This document shows positions 1 through 12,716 of a DNA stretch of 64,000 bases, in pieces. Made by a program: the position numbers and the translations under genes. Origin of the DNA: Microbotryum violaceum (Eukaryota). The notes under the pieces were generated by a model. That model was not told the DNA's origin and did no database searches. It saw only the letters and a list, made by a program, of their open reading frames with translations. The DNA lies in assembly GCA_001244265.2 (NCBI GenBank), contig CDLV01000018.1, positions 682,001 through 746,000 of the forward strand. Direction: 5' to 3'. The number at the start of each line of letters is the position of its first letter. Within the stretch, counting starts at the first letter, position 1.

Positions 1-29
1 CGCATGCCACCGGTGATCCTCAGTGGGAT

Positions 30-599
30 TCACTCAGTGACACCGTCACGAGCAATAGAAAGTGAGGCAGGGGGCAAAATATCTACATCCTTAAGGGCAA
101 GGATAAAGTCGTACACCCCAGAGATGTGTTTCGTCTTTCCAATGTACTGGATGCGACGACGGAGGACCGTGCCATAGGCAGCGATCTGCTCATCGAATAG
201 GCAGAGGCCCTCGGGGTCGGAGAAAAAGCCCGTAAGGGTGTCGAGATCGGCGGCCTTGGGAAAGCGGAGGCCGCGCTGACCCTTGATGACGCATGGCATT
301 GCGCCGGTAAGGCCAGGGTAGTATTTGTCAAGCGCGAGGAGGACTTGCTCGACCGAGGTTGAGGGTGGGGTGTTGATGATGACACAACTCTCGATGTTAT
401 GCATCAGTGGATGGGCGGCGACGGCAGTCGAGGCGTTGGCGGTGGCGTTTCCGTGCTTCGCAGCGGAGCGGGCGCCGACCGCGGCGGAGTATGATTTGGT
501 GGTGGTGGCGGGGGCTTGGCCGGGAGGATCGGGAGGGTCAGGGCGAAGAGGTGGTATAGCAGCATGGCTGGCGTTGTTGGTGTTGTTGTTGTTGTCCAT
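30..599 (-). pseudogene. Probable degenerate ORF1 (gag-like) 5' part of a non-LTR retrotransposon; continues off the left edge after an in-frame stop
   Basis: N-terminus PPLRPDPPDPP...TKSYSAAV resembles L1-type ORF1 N-termini. The frame continues as IPLRITGGM after the TGA at 30-32. No RT domain is visible to confirm. Confidence 0.4.
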
Positions 600-849
600 T
601 CAATAGGAGTTTCTTCGTTACGTCGGTGTCTTTGATTGCGGTAGGAGACGAATCTTGTCAGCTCTGGACCGGGTCCACAATGAACGCGCCGCCGGGCTTC
701 GAGTAACAATAAAGACAACGACAACGACGACAACGATGAAGCTTCAGCAGGGCCTTGAAGACTCCTGAATAGACACGCTCGCAGCGAGATTTACGGTCCC
801 GCGTTACTCTAACTAGTCAAAAAAAAGTGCGAGTTAAGGAATCTACCTA

Positions 850-981
850 GAATCCGGCCCTCCGGGGGCCGCCTGTGGTGGGTGTACCAGCACACTGTTG
901 TGTCTGCCGCACCTGCCTGTGGTGTCCATGTTCCGACCAGAAGTCATATAAAAGCTCTGTGGCAACTTTTGTATGTGTTCG
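850..981 (-). repeat. ~130-bp diverged inverted repeat, partner at 2250-2375; possible Helitron 3' terminus
   Basis: TGTCTGCCGCACCTGC...AGAAGTCAT...AGCTCTGTGGC..CTTTTGTAT is the reverse complement of 2250-2375. On the minus strand it ends in the hairpin GGCCCCCGGAGGGCC followed by CTAG (847-850). Confidence 0.7.
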
Positions 982-1064
982 CACCAGTCGAAACACGAAG
1001 CTACAGCGTTTTCGAGAGGCGATGGTAAGCAAGCGAACGGGCAAGAACTGACTGAACCAGCTGC

Positions 1065-1561
1065 AGGTCCGATACATCCCATCATCATTTATCATCATCA
1101 TCATCATGTATTCGGAAAATCAAAAAAAAACCAAAACGGAAGCAGATCATCATAGAGAGCTCCTTGCAACTGATCAAGCAAAAAAGGGAAGAAACAGGGA
1201 AGAAATCTAAGATGCTAGGAAGAAGGAAAAAGAAAGCGGTGGCAGGTCGAACACACAAAAGCAAGAGGGCCAAGGAAGGCCAAGGGACTACAGCGTAGGC
1301 TGGAATAGAAAGAAAACATTTAAAATCCACCGACCTCGACACCGACTTTGATTCTCGCGGCTTCGCAAACCAATTCCAGTGCTTCCAACTCGCTCGAAGG
1401 CGCCGAGCCTACTCCGGACGTCTCGAGCGCAAGCTCCTCCGAGTCTTCACGCGACGCGACTTCGTTGACCATCTCCCAAGCGACTTCGGCAGTCCATTCT
1501 TCACCTGCTTGGAAGCCACGGAGCTCCTTCTCGTATTCTCGCCAGTCGGCGAGACCCCAGC
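1065..1561 (-). pseudogene. Diverged duplicate of the last ~79 codons and 3' flank of the gene at 5018-7921
   Basis: Aligns to 4782-5253. Reads WGLADWREYEKELRGFQAGEEWTAEVAWEM...KVGVEVGGF* versus WGLADWRAYEKELRGFQAGEEWTAEVAWEV...KVGVEIGGS*. Confidence 0.9.
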
Positions 1562-1850
1562 ATAGAGGCGATTAAACACGCGAATCACGGGCGGTCCTGC
1601 CAGTGCCGTGCCCACTTGAGTTTGGTCGAAGAGAGCGACAGTGCGTTATTGTACGACCGCGCATTCTCGCGGAATGCTTTAGCTTCTATGTAGGCGGGTT
1701 GCACAGTTCAGCATGTGGGTCTACTGCAGACGCTTGTTGTTGGACGGAGCCACTGACCGCTGTCCGAGCCTTGAAGTAGCTGTCGATACTCGGTATTAGC
1801 ATTCAAGACTTGGCGAGGTTGCGGTGGCCCTCCGACCTGCAGTGGCCACT
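1562..1850 (-). mobile_element. Helitron RepHel N-terminal fragment (relic) with a GT-AG intron at 1686-1757
   Basis: Spliced translation EYRQLLQGSDS/EAKAFRENARSYNNALSLSS, then (different frame) GPPVIRVFNRLY. This matches the recalled Helitron N-terminal pattern LL.G.D..SK.FR.NIR.YN.ALSF.S...GP..FRI.G.LYH. Confidence 0.6.
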
Positions 1851-2249
1851 TTGGCACCGGTGCATGCCACTGACTGGTGCCATGGTGCCGAGGGTTTCTC
1901 TTTGAATGAGTGTCACGAAGACTCGATGAGAGTGGAAGGGAAAAAGAAAAGGTTCGAGGGAGTGGCGTGTGCTTATTTACTGGGTGTAATCTGTTGTTCA
2001 GCCCCTAGTAATGCAGTGCTGCTGGTCCGCTGCCGGAATGACAGTGACACGGCCGGGGCGCCGCATCACGTGACAGAGTCAGACGCCGGCGCCCCGGCCC
2101 TCGGCCCGCGCGTCAGGCGGAGCTCTACTGTAGAAGCAATGTCGTGCAAAGGCCACGGTCGTGCAATACAATACAGGTTTAAACGTTGTTTCCCCTCAAC
2201 GAAAAAGTGAAGGAAATTACTGGGGAGGCTCTAGCTTCGTTCGACCGGC

Positions 2250-2375
2250 CCGAAAAATACAAAAGTCGCCACAGAGCTTGCACATGACTTCTGATCGGAA
2301 CATGAACAACACGTGCAGGTGCGGCAGACACAATAGTATGATGCTACATTGACCAGATGCGGCCCGGAGGCGGCA
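2250..2375 (+). repeat. Partner of the inverted repeat at 850-981
   Basis: Direct reverse-complement similarity. Confidence 0.7.
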
Positions 2376-2890
2376 ACATAGTCAAAAACAGCGATTTTAG
2401 GTGCATTCCTTTATTCACCTTTTTTTTCCGTAGAGGTAGTAAAAAGGCCGAAAAGGCCTTTTTGACTGGGCTTTCGGGGGCCCGCGCGAAACTTCGGCTT
2501 CTTCCCTTGCTGTCTACCCAAGTCTGAAGCGTACCTCGAGTCGGCGACAACGGGGAAACATGTCGACTGCGACGCCGCCGTCGGCGTCTGAATTTAGACA
2601 GCATTTGGAGGTCTTGTTCGGTAAGTCGTTCGAACGCAACATAATGGTGACACGATCATCCGGACTCGGTGGTAGCGGCCCCACGAGTCACGCCGAATGC
2701 ACGAGCATGCTCGGCGCGCAGAACTTCGGCTGACGATTCAACTCGCTTCTTCGCAGGGCCGATGATCATTGGAGTTTTTTGCGAGCTATGGTTATTCGGC
2801 ATCATCTTCGGACAAGTCTGTGTTTACCGATTGCGATACCCTGGAGATCCAGTACACCTCAAGTGAGTCGCAGTCTGCGATAACCCGCTC

Positions 2891-2997
2891 CGCGTGGAGG
2901 GTGCGATTCAAGCGAAGCGCGACGGGTACCCCCTGTCGCGACCCGACCGCGTGGAGGGTGCGATTCAACCGACGGGTACCCCCCTGTCGCGACCCGA
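2891..2997. repeat. Two-copy ~55-bp tandem repeat
   Basis: CGCGTGGAGGGTGCGATTCAA...CGACGGGTACCCCC.TGTCGCGACCCGA occurs twice. Confidence 0.85.
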
Positions 2998-5017
2998 TTT
3001 CCGATACTGAGTGAGGCTTTTCTTTCAGACTTCTCGTGGCCATAATGTCAGCTGGAGAGTTTTTCAAAACGGTCTTGAACGTCAAGGCGGTATACAGTGA
3101 TGTGAATACCGCCACCTCCTTCGTCTCTATGCTCGTGCTCACTTTGAGCCTCCTCCCCTCAGTTTCTTTTCGGGCAGGTCAAGGAACTCTTTGAATCGGT
3201 GCCTTGGTACGTCCTCGTAACGCCTATCGTCGGACAGCTTCCAATTCTAGCATCGCAAATCTACTTGTGTTTCCGAATCTGGGTGGTTAGTCCACTTCGT
3301 GCCGCTGGTTAACCATTGCACTCAACCGAAGATCGAGCAATGGTTACCCTGATCCTTACCTCGACAGGTATCGGGCCGAAAACTTCCCACTGCGATCGGG
3401 GTAACTGTGACCCTGTTGCAGCTCGCTTTCAATATCGCGTATGTTATTCGTCGTGGTAAGGTGTGACAGCTCAACTGCAAGAATGGTGACATTGCCGGCT
3501 AACCCGTTCGTTTCGCGTACCTCGGCATCACTCCTGAACGATCGGAGTAGTCATGGCTCGGCGTCTCGGCCTCAACCCCGGAAGTCAAGTCAGCCGACTG
3601 ATGCCGCCGTGGGCTTTCTCTAATGCCGTAAGTTCTCCAACGTCCTTTCTTCAAGACATCCTGCGAATTTACACTGTCATAAACTGATTTTACAACGAGT
3701 CGTGAACGAATCATTGCAAATAGACCGCCGACGTGTGCCTTTCCTTCACACTCGCTTACTACTTGCTACAAACACGGAAGCAATCAGCTAGCTATCGGTA
3801 AGATCACCTTGAATAGACTCAAAATTCAGATTCACTCCCGATGACAGCGATCAACCTTCTGCTGTTTCTGTCTTTGACGCAACTCCAGGCTCAACTACAT
3901 CTTGATGCGGCTCGCGTCACTGGCGATCACGACTTGTCTACCCCCTGCATGCATCTCCATCACTCTCGCCTTGCTCGAAATACTTGAGACTCGCAGATTG
4001 GTGAGACAAGCATGTTAATGACGGCCAAAAGCAGATGGGCTGAACATGATTAGCAGATCGGCTGAACATGATTGATTTCAACCGGCTTGATCGTCTTCTC
4101 CGCCGACAGGTTTGGATCTTCTTCGGTCAAATTCTCGGAAGTACCTATACGCTCTGCATCGTTTATGCTCGTAAGTCCACCGAAACTTTTTGACTGCCAA
4201 CTTCAACCTCTAATAACTAAGGATCAATCTATCTTGCCACCTCAAAAAACCACCTCAGTCAATTCACGCGAAGCGTTAGCACAAAAAGCAACGTTTTGCG
4301 CTTCGAGTAGATCATCACGTATGACTCGTAGTACTCGTGTACCGGCGACGACTCTCTCTGTGCGCTTCGATGATGCGGAACCGAGTATTGGTCGTAGGTC
4401 GGAGAGGAAGGTAGAGATTTCGACGGGCGAGAATCGGGGAATGAGTTTGATGGAGGTCGATGGGGAGAAAGTAAAGGAGGCTGACATGGATGCGCCGATT
4501 GGTGGGGCTCGAGCGAGTGCGACGAAGAAGAGAGTTTCGCTTGTATGCCCGGACGAGTAGTAGTCGGGCCGAGAATCAGGGAGAGGGGAAGGGACCGAAA
4601 ACCGTTATAATACGGTTTACTTTTAATGCTGATTGGTCAAGGATGTACATGAGAGCGTAGAGCGTTGCACTTTTCAAGTCGGCCCGCTGAAATCGATAAG
4701 TTGGAAGTCAAATACCTCGGATCCATGAGGCACCGCTCGTAGCGAAATTTACGGTCCCACTTCTTTCCGTCCTTCCAAAATAGGTCCGATACTATTCATC
4801 ATCATGTACTCGGAAACCGAAAGACTATGCTATCAAAACGGAACACCACAGAGAGCTCCTTGCAACTGATCAAGCAGAAAGGGGAAGGAACGGGAAAGGA
4901 ATCTAAAATGCTAGGAAGAAGGAAAAAAGAAAGCGGTGGCAGGTCGAACACACAAAAGCAAGAGGGCGAAGGAAGGCCAAGGAACCACAGCCTAGCCTCG
5001 AATGAAAAGAAAAACAA

Positions 5018-7921
5018 CTACGAACCACCGATCTCGACACCGACTTTGATTCTCGCTGCTTCGCGAACCAATTCCAGTGCTTGCAACTCGCTCGAAGGCG
5101 CTGAGCCTCCTTTGGACGTCTCGAGTGCAAGCTCTTCTTCACGCGATGCGACTTCGTTGACCACCTCCCAAGCGACTTCGGCAGTCCATTCTTCACCTGC
5201 TTGGAAGCCACGGAGTTCCTTCTCGTATGCACGCCAGTCGGCGAGACCCCAGCGTTCGTGGGGAAGCGAGAAGCGGTGGCAGCGCGAGGCCAAAAGGTGC
5301 AGAAGGATCAGGTCGGGAAGTGTCGCCAAGGCGTGGCGCAGGGTCGGGCACACCAAAGGCTTTGAAGCGAGCTTGTCCTCTACGACGGTTTTCTCGGGAA
5401 ATGCGTTGACAGAAGTCGTAGGGAGAACGAGAGGTTCGTGCGATCGCATCAAGTCCATCGGCTTCAGAGGCGTCATTGGCTCAGCGTTCTGATCCTGACA
5501 ACTCAATTGCGCCGAAGACTCGTCCTTCTTGTGAAGATCGTCCTTGACGCCGTTTTCGCGAATCGCGTTCAAAATTGCATCGGTGTGATTGGACGCCCGG
5601 ACGACGACGACCATCGCGCTCAAAGCTTGCATAGCCTCCCTCATCGCCGAGTGCGCGAGAGCTGCTTCCGTGCTGTCAGCCGGTCCATCTTCATCTTCAT
5701 CGTCTGAAGACTCGGCATCGAACCGTCGACCTGTTCTGCAGAGACCACAGGCGAGTTCGTGCGAACAGGATCCCGACATATGGGGAGGTAAGATCGGCGT
5801 CGAGCTGGGAGCCGAGAGGTGCTTGATGAAGGCGATCAAGCGCGCCTCGAGCAACTCGAGTTCGCACAAGAGACGGATAAAAGCAATGTCGTTAGCAGGG
5901 GTCGAACACGTCAAGTTCGAAACAACGCTAGTGCCGTTGGGGTTCGTGGCGGCGTAGGAGCTTGATGGCGTCGACGCCCCATCGCCCGAAACCGTTCCGA
6001 AGGGCGGCGAGTCGCCTGGCCCCACTGAAGCTTTCTTTGAAGCGGACTTGAAAAGACTTTTGCTCGGGACGATCTGAGCGCCGGGGATCTTGGCCTCGGC
6101 GCCAGGGGTCGCAGGTGCCTTCGCAGAGCCGTCCACGGAGCCGGGAACAGCGACGGCGATCTTCCTCGCAGCAAGATCCAACATTCCTTTCCATACAGCA
6201 TGGGTTCCTACACTGACGAGCCACTTGTCGGCATCGCCACCGCACTCAAGGCGAGCAACGAGTTTGGCAGTCGCTTCGAGCACGCCCGTCAATTCTCTCA
6301 GCCAGAGCGGGCCGAGTGCGAGGCCGTTTGCATCGACGCCATGACCGTGACCGTGACCGTGCTTCGTCGAGTTCGTCAAAGAAGCCGGCGCAGGTGTGGC
6401 TCGACCCATTGACAAAGATCGCAGTTGGCTCGTCGCACCCTTCGAAGCCGTCGACTTAGTACCCGCGCCTTCGTGCTCGACCCCGAGCATCGACATGGTC
6501 GACGACAAGTGCCCATTGACGACGCTTGACTCGTCCGAGGGGATCCTCGCCTTGGCGCAGATGCCCGAGACAATGATGCGCAAGCTCAAGATGATAGGGT
6601 TCATAACACGCGTCATGACTTCGGCGAGCTTGTCGGCCCAGGGGCGCAACGTCTCGCGAACGAACGCAGGCATGCCGGGGAGTTGGCCAGCAGCGAGTAA
6701 AGAGCGACGTACTTCGTAAGCGCAGCGAACGATGGTCAGGTTGAATCGTAGCGAGGGCGAGAGGTTGTCGACCTCCTTGGGAGTCAAGGGCGGAGGAGGC
6801 ATGAGGTCGGGTGGGAGCAAGAGCGTAGTGAGTCGCGTAAGGAACAGCGACAACGACTTGAGCACCGAAGATCGCAACAGCGTTCGCAGCAAATAAGCGT
6901 CGTGGATCGCAGCATGCAATTCCCTAAGAAGGTCGAGGCAAGAAAAAGTCAGCCTGGTCGTCACGAACCTGGGCCTATGCGAAAAAAACACGAGCAAAAC
7001 TCACTGTACGACCAATTCACCACACTGCCTCGCCATCGTGACCCTGGGTGCAGGCCTGCCGTTGAGAACGACTTCGCTCGCACCGCCGGGAGCCGTTGCA
7101 GAACCCGGAACGAAAACCTTGTTGACAGCCTCACCGAGCTTGAGTCCAACCTTGCCGACATAGCTCTCCTCGAGTTGGTGCAACGCGGGCGTGACTGCAG
7201 CCGAGCTCAAGACCGTCGTCGACGATGTTGTACCGCCAGCGCTGGTGGAGGAAGTCACCGCGGAGGAGGTGCCCAGAGGGGTCTGGGAGCCATGAAGGGT
7301 CGGGGAGTGCTTGCCGGGCTTGCGGCCGAGAGGAGGGTGCGAGGTCGAGTGGCTGATGGCTAAGCCCCCAACACCAGCAGGACCCATGTGGAGGCTGGGT
7401 AGGGTCTTGCTTCGAGAGGTCTCCTTGTGCAACGAGCGACCATGTTCGTGACGATCACCCGAGACGGCACGGCGACGACTCTTGGACGACGACGACGAAT
7501 CTCCATGACGACCCGAGTGGCCATTACTGCCAAAGCTCTTTTGCAAGGGCGTCAGCCCAATCGAGTTGTCGCTCGAGGATCGGGGAGCAAGGGCACTCGC
7601 GGCTATGGCGGCTGAAACGGGGACGGGGTTGATCGCCGTCGACGGGGTGAGACTGCCATTCGCTCTGAACGAGGACGAGCGACAGAGAACGGCGCCGAGC
7701 GGACCAAGCGAGGACAAGACCTTTTTCGACTTGGTGTTTTCAACACTCGGTGGGTTCATGAGCAGGCCGATGGAGGGCAGCTCCGGTGTCGAAGGCACTG
7801 TGCCAGGGAGGGCGGCCGATTTTGACCCTTCAGTGGACGGGGTGGAGGGCGCCGGGCGCGAAGGCGAGTTGGTGCGCGAGAGGCTGAGATGCGGCAGTGT
7901 GACCTTGAGACCTCCGAGCAT
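5018..7921 (-). CDS. Hypothetical protein, ~940 aa, Ser/Pro-rich N-terminus; exons 7921-7005 and 6923-5018
   Basis: ORFs 7001-7921 and 5018-6997 are joined in frame (CA|G = Gln) by an 81-bp intron at 6924-7004 with GTGAGT donor, GCTGAC branch point and TAG acceptor. Confidence 0.8.
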
Positions 7922-9825
7922 GGTGGCGACTGGCGACTGCTCGAGGTAGAAAATGGCTCGTTGTAGTCGGCCAGTGTGAAGAGCGAAGTGGTAGGGTATT
8001 AAGCTTCAAGCGTTACGGCGGTTGTGGAGGAAAGGCCAGTGCGAACGGCACGGGCGGCGGAGGGATTCAAGGCGAGTGAAGGGCAACCATGCGTTGGATA
8101 CGATCCAGATGGTGCGATGAGATGTAGGGTAGGGTATGGTGTGATCTGGTTTTGAAACACATGAGCGAGGAGGGTCAGCGTACGGGTGTTTGGGAGCGAA
8201 GCGCGGAGTGGACGTCGTCGAGCTCGGTCGTGCTCGGGTGTGGTCGATCTCGGTCGATCACCGGTCACCAGTCGCCACGTCGGCCCGCTGCCTGCCCGCC
8301 CGGCTTGCCGCGCCAAGCTGGCAATAGGCGGGCGAGCGGGCGAGCGAGGCAAAGCGAGGCAGAGCGAGGCACAACCCGCACCGTGAAAAGACAACACACA
8401 CAACACACCGCCCGCTCTCGAGTACGCCGGCACACACGACCACGGCAGAGGAACACACAGCAACTGACCTCGGAAAAGAGATCTTGGGGGAATAGAAAAA
8501 GGCGGGATGTAGGCCAAGTTACGGCGGGCGGTCGACGTTGATCGCGGACGAGCAGTCCTGTACGACCGAAGACGACAACGACGACGCAGACAGCGACGAG
8601 AGCTGAGAGACCGCCAATTTGGACGACGAACACAGGTAAGGCGGCTGACGACGGTCGTGTTTTCCCATTCAACGGCGGGATAAAGCAAGCGATGAGCAGT
8701 AGCAGGAAGAGGGCGTGGCGCGGCTTAGGCGGTTGATTCTGCGAAGTGGCCAATGAATTATTGAGCGAAGGCGCGAGCCGCACCTTTTACTAGCCGGGCC
8801 GGCGAATGTGATGAACTCGTTCACATCGTCGCGCATTTCCATTGATCGTCGGGTTGCCTCTGGACAAGATTTTACAAGAGTAGGGCGTGATCAGTGTAGT
8901 GCTATATCTCCTTCTGTGGCGCTCACCTCGTGTTCGAGATACACAGGTTTTTAGATCTTTTCCGTCGTTGCAGTGGCCGATGATCGCACGTCCGTTCTCG
9001 GTGATAATAGGGGCGACTAGGCGAGATTTCGGAACGTCAGGATTGGCGCTCACATCGATAGGCTCAGGGTCATCACCAGGCGCTCACCCTTTGAGAATAT
9101 AACCCGAGCTGAGTGTTTAGAAAACGTGCACGTTCCAGCTGGACTTTTGAATAAAAACTCGAGCTCTCAGCTCCGGCCGGACTCCTTCAAGTTGCCGACG
9201 ACCGTTCACCTACCGGCATGTGCTCTGGTTTATGTACGTTGGCGAATTGGGTGATTGCGCTCTAGGGCTCTTTCCGCTACAGGTTTGCATCGTCGTCTTG
9301 CATTTGCCACATTAATAGGGGCAACTCGCCGATCAAGGCACAGTTCCGTTGCATTTTTACACCATTCCGCCACTGCACGCCGTACTGAAGACGAGCTTCC
9401 GCTTCGTTCAAGTGCGTGAGCTATCTCAGTATATACTGAACAGTGCTTCGCGCCCTTTTCCGACTCGAGAAAGGATGAAGAGTCAGAAGTGATTGGTGCC
9501 TGTGGCATCGAGATTAACTCCGTCCGAGATCGACAGTGGTGTTCGAGGAACCGAAGTAGCCGTACCAGAGCGAAAAGACACGCTCGCTTGTGACATGCCT
9601 CTATCAGGATTTGAAAGTGTTGCGTATACGGCGGACTATTGTTTATAGACCGAACCCACATAGCAGCGAGTGCGCTGACAAAACTCGTCGCCGAGCGACG
9701 CGCGCTGAGTGACGTTGCGCTGCTTGCTCCCTCTGTTCGTCTTTGCTCTTCAACCCTCGTTCATCAGTCGACTGGCTACCCGCGCCCACCCCTGACTTCT
9801 ACGAATCTACGATCATCTTATTACG

Positions 9826-12298
9826 ATGCCCCCTCGTCGTGAGTGTTTTCTGCTTCCCGGTGACTCCCAAGTGTGCGCTGTGCGCTGTGTGGGTCCCGTC
9901 ATCCAACTCTCGCTCGTTGTCGCACGTTCGCACCTCCCACCGCTATGCAACCCCGATGCAGAGCCACGATGCAGAGCCACGATCATTCAGAATGCCTTTC
10001 TCGAGTGTTTTGCATCGTACCCGCACTTCTGGGCCCGGACCAATCAACGTTCCTCAGGTCTCTCCTCTTTCCCATCATCGCATGGTCGCTCCACCGGCAT
10101 AGTCACTACGTCCTACTGACCCTGCACCATCTCTTCCCGAATGTCGATTCGTATTCCAAGGCCGCAACTCTGTCTCCTCCGTCGGCGCTGCTGCTGCTCC
10201 GAACGGTACGACGCCAGCTACACCCCGTCGTACAGGTCGTGCATCATCTACCATACCCGTCGACCTTACTTCCGTTTCTTCCACAAAGCCTACTTCACGA
10301 GCGGGCGTAACGGCGAAACGAGTCTCTTCTACCTCGGCCAAGCGAGCGAGGTCCAGATCGATCTCGGTCGCATTGAGCGTCGCGGAACAGAGTGAGCAAG
10401 AACAAGAACAAGAAGAAGAGGATGACGACGTCGATGCTACACCACGAGCGAAAAAGATGAAGGTTTTTATCGAACCTAAAATCAAACCTGTACGAGCCCC
10501 CGTACAAGGTATGAATCAAATCCCGAAACGATACGATCCTTTCCCTGCTTACTCGGTTTTCGATTTCGAGGTAAACATTCAAGAAGTTCAACAATTGGAC
10601 TTGCCTAAGACGGTGTTTGTTTTTGGGAATGGTGATTTTGGACAACATGGTTTGGGAATTGAGAATGGTATGATGGAGATCGTTAGGCCTAGGTTGCATG
10701 CGACGATTGAAAAGATGATTGCTGGCGAGGGAGGAGAGGCGTGGAAGAGAGGTGTTGCCAGTCTAGAGTGTGGTGGAATGCACACGCTTTGCGTGGATGG
10801 AGAGGGAAAGATTTGGTCTTGGGGGTGAGTCGAGTCGAATCCTTTCCCCCGCATGGCCCGCATGGGATCGATGGAAATGTAGATGTTGACCTGTTTCGTG
10901 TGACTTGCCCGCAGTATCAATGACAACGCCGCGCTCGGCCGAGTCACCGCCGGCCTCGAACAAGAATCAGAAGAACTCGAAACTCAACCCCTCCCCGTCG
11001 AAAATCTCGATTACTCACGCTTCAAGGCCGTCAAAGTCGCCGCAGGAGATTCCGTCTCGCTCGCCGTATCGGAGAATGGCGAGTTGAGGTGCTGGGGTTC
11101 GTTCAGGTACTCTGAGGGTATCCTGGGTTTTGACGGTAACGACGAAAAGAGTAAGAGTCAGCTCAAACCGCTAGCGTTGAAGAACTTGGAGGCCGTGTCG
11201 ATCGTGCAGGTTGTCACCGGCGATGACCACTTTGTCGCGTTGACGACCAAGGGAACGGTTTTCGCTTGTGGAAATGGGGAGCAATGCCAGTTGGGCCGCA
11301 AGATTATTCAACGTGGGTTCAGAGTCCCAAAGGTTGCAAGTGACGATTACAACTGCTCAATACTGAATCATGTCTCTTTTTGTGTTGGATTAACAGGCCA
11401 CAAGACTCATGGCCTCACGCCCGAACGTCTCGCCCTCAAAAACATCGTCGTCGTCGGTTCGGGATCCTACCATTCGTTCGCGGTCGATGCTAAAGGTCAA
11501 GTATTTGCGTGGGGGCTCAACTCGTTTCGCCAAACTGGTGTCGACGAGGACGACGGTGGATGGCAAGAGATTATTACGACGCCGACGATCGTCAAGAGTT
11601 TACATCCGTCGTTGCATCGCGGTGCACGCGTCGTGCAGATTGTAGGAGGCACACACCACACTCTATTTTTATTTTCGAATGGAGAGGTGTGGGGCTGTGG
11701 GAGATGCGATGGGTCCGAGATTGGGTTAGGCAAGGATCATCCCAAAATGAAGGAGATGAAAGAGCGCGAGGACGAGGCGCTCAAGAGGAGGAAGGAGTTT
11801 GAGAACAGCGTTAGACCCAAGATTGCGCAACGACCTGTCGCAGATGACGACGCAGGTAACCCAGGACGACCGATGACCGAGATGGAGATTAACCTCAAGG
11901 CGCAGGAAGAAGCGGCGCAGACGGTCCCCTTGCCGAATCGATTCATCGATGAGCCGACCAAGATTGAATTTGATACGGATGCGCAGGAGGAAGAGAACAT
12001 TGATGGACCGGTGCAGATTGTGCAGATCGCCGTGGGGACGAGGGCCAACTTTGCCGTTTCAAGGCATGGGTTCTTGTACGCCTGGGGATACGGCAACGTC
12101 GCGCAACTTGGATTGGGTGATGAGGAGGAGGCCGACCGACCGACGAGGGTCGTCAGTCGCGCGATGAAGGGCTTCAAGGTTTTGCATTCCGCTGGGGGCG
12201 GTCAACACTCCGTCTGCGTCGCTGTTCGAGGAGACGGCGCGAAGCCGAGCGTTCATGACGATGCTCCCGCGGTGGCACCGGCTGCCCCGGCTGCGTAG
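9826..12298 (+). CDS. RCC1: RCC1-family Ran guanine-nucleotide exchange factor (Pim1/Srm1/Prp20-like); exons 9826-9838, 10161-10824, 10915-11312, 11397-12298
   Basis: RCC1 repeats FVFGNGDFGQHGLG, CGGMHTL, WSWGINDNAALGR, WGSFR..EGILGF, GNGEQCQLGR, WGYGNVAQLGLG and GGGQHS. Introns are canonical GT-AG and keep the frame. The first exon is least certain. Confidence 0.88.
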
Positions 12299-12716
12299 GT
12301 GTGATTTTGTAAGGTCACTGAACAAAGTTGCGTAGAGGATAGAATTTGTATATCAAAATTTGACAATCAACATCATTGATAAGCGGACTTTTTGTGAGAT
12401 GATCCCTGGGGTGGAGCGAGCGAACATTCAACTCGTCCGCTTCTCCGAGACGTCAGCGACCAGTCACGATGCTCGGGATGGCTTCTTCGATGAGAGATGC
12501 CTGGCTTCGCCTCGGCTACTCGCAACGGCGCTAGTTGCATGGCTTGTACTCGTCTGCAAGTCACTTTCATGTATGGATTTAGAACAATCCGGGAGATCTT
12601 ATCAGAAGCCAAATCAAAGTCTCCGCTTCTATAACCGAAGCCTTTCCTATGATTACAACAAGACGAGAATCCAATGTTCGTGAACGTTCATACTTCTCCA
12701 TTGTGAGGTGCTCCTT

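Noticed and set aside
2560-4487. Chain of broken minus-strand ORFs (4242-4487, 3499-3714, 2792-3142) that may be one pseudogene
   Set aside because: Multiple stops and no motif I can recognise; I cannot assign product or boundaries.
7999-9661. Several 60-230 aa ORFs between the divergent hypothetical gene and RCC1
   Set aside because: Overlapping, low-complexity and motif-free; more likely UTR or promoter sequence.
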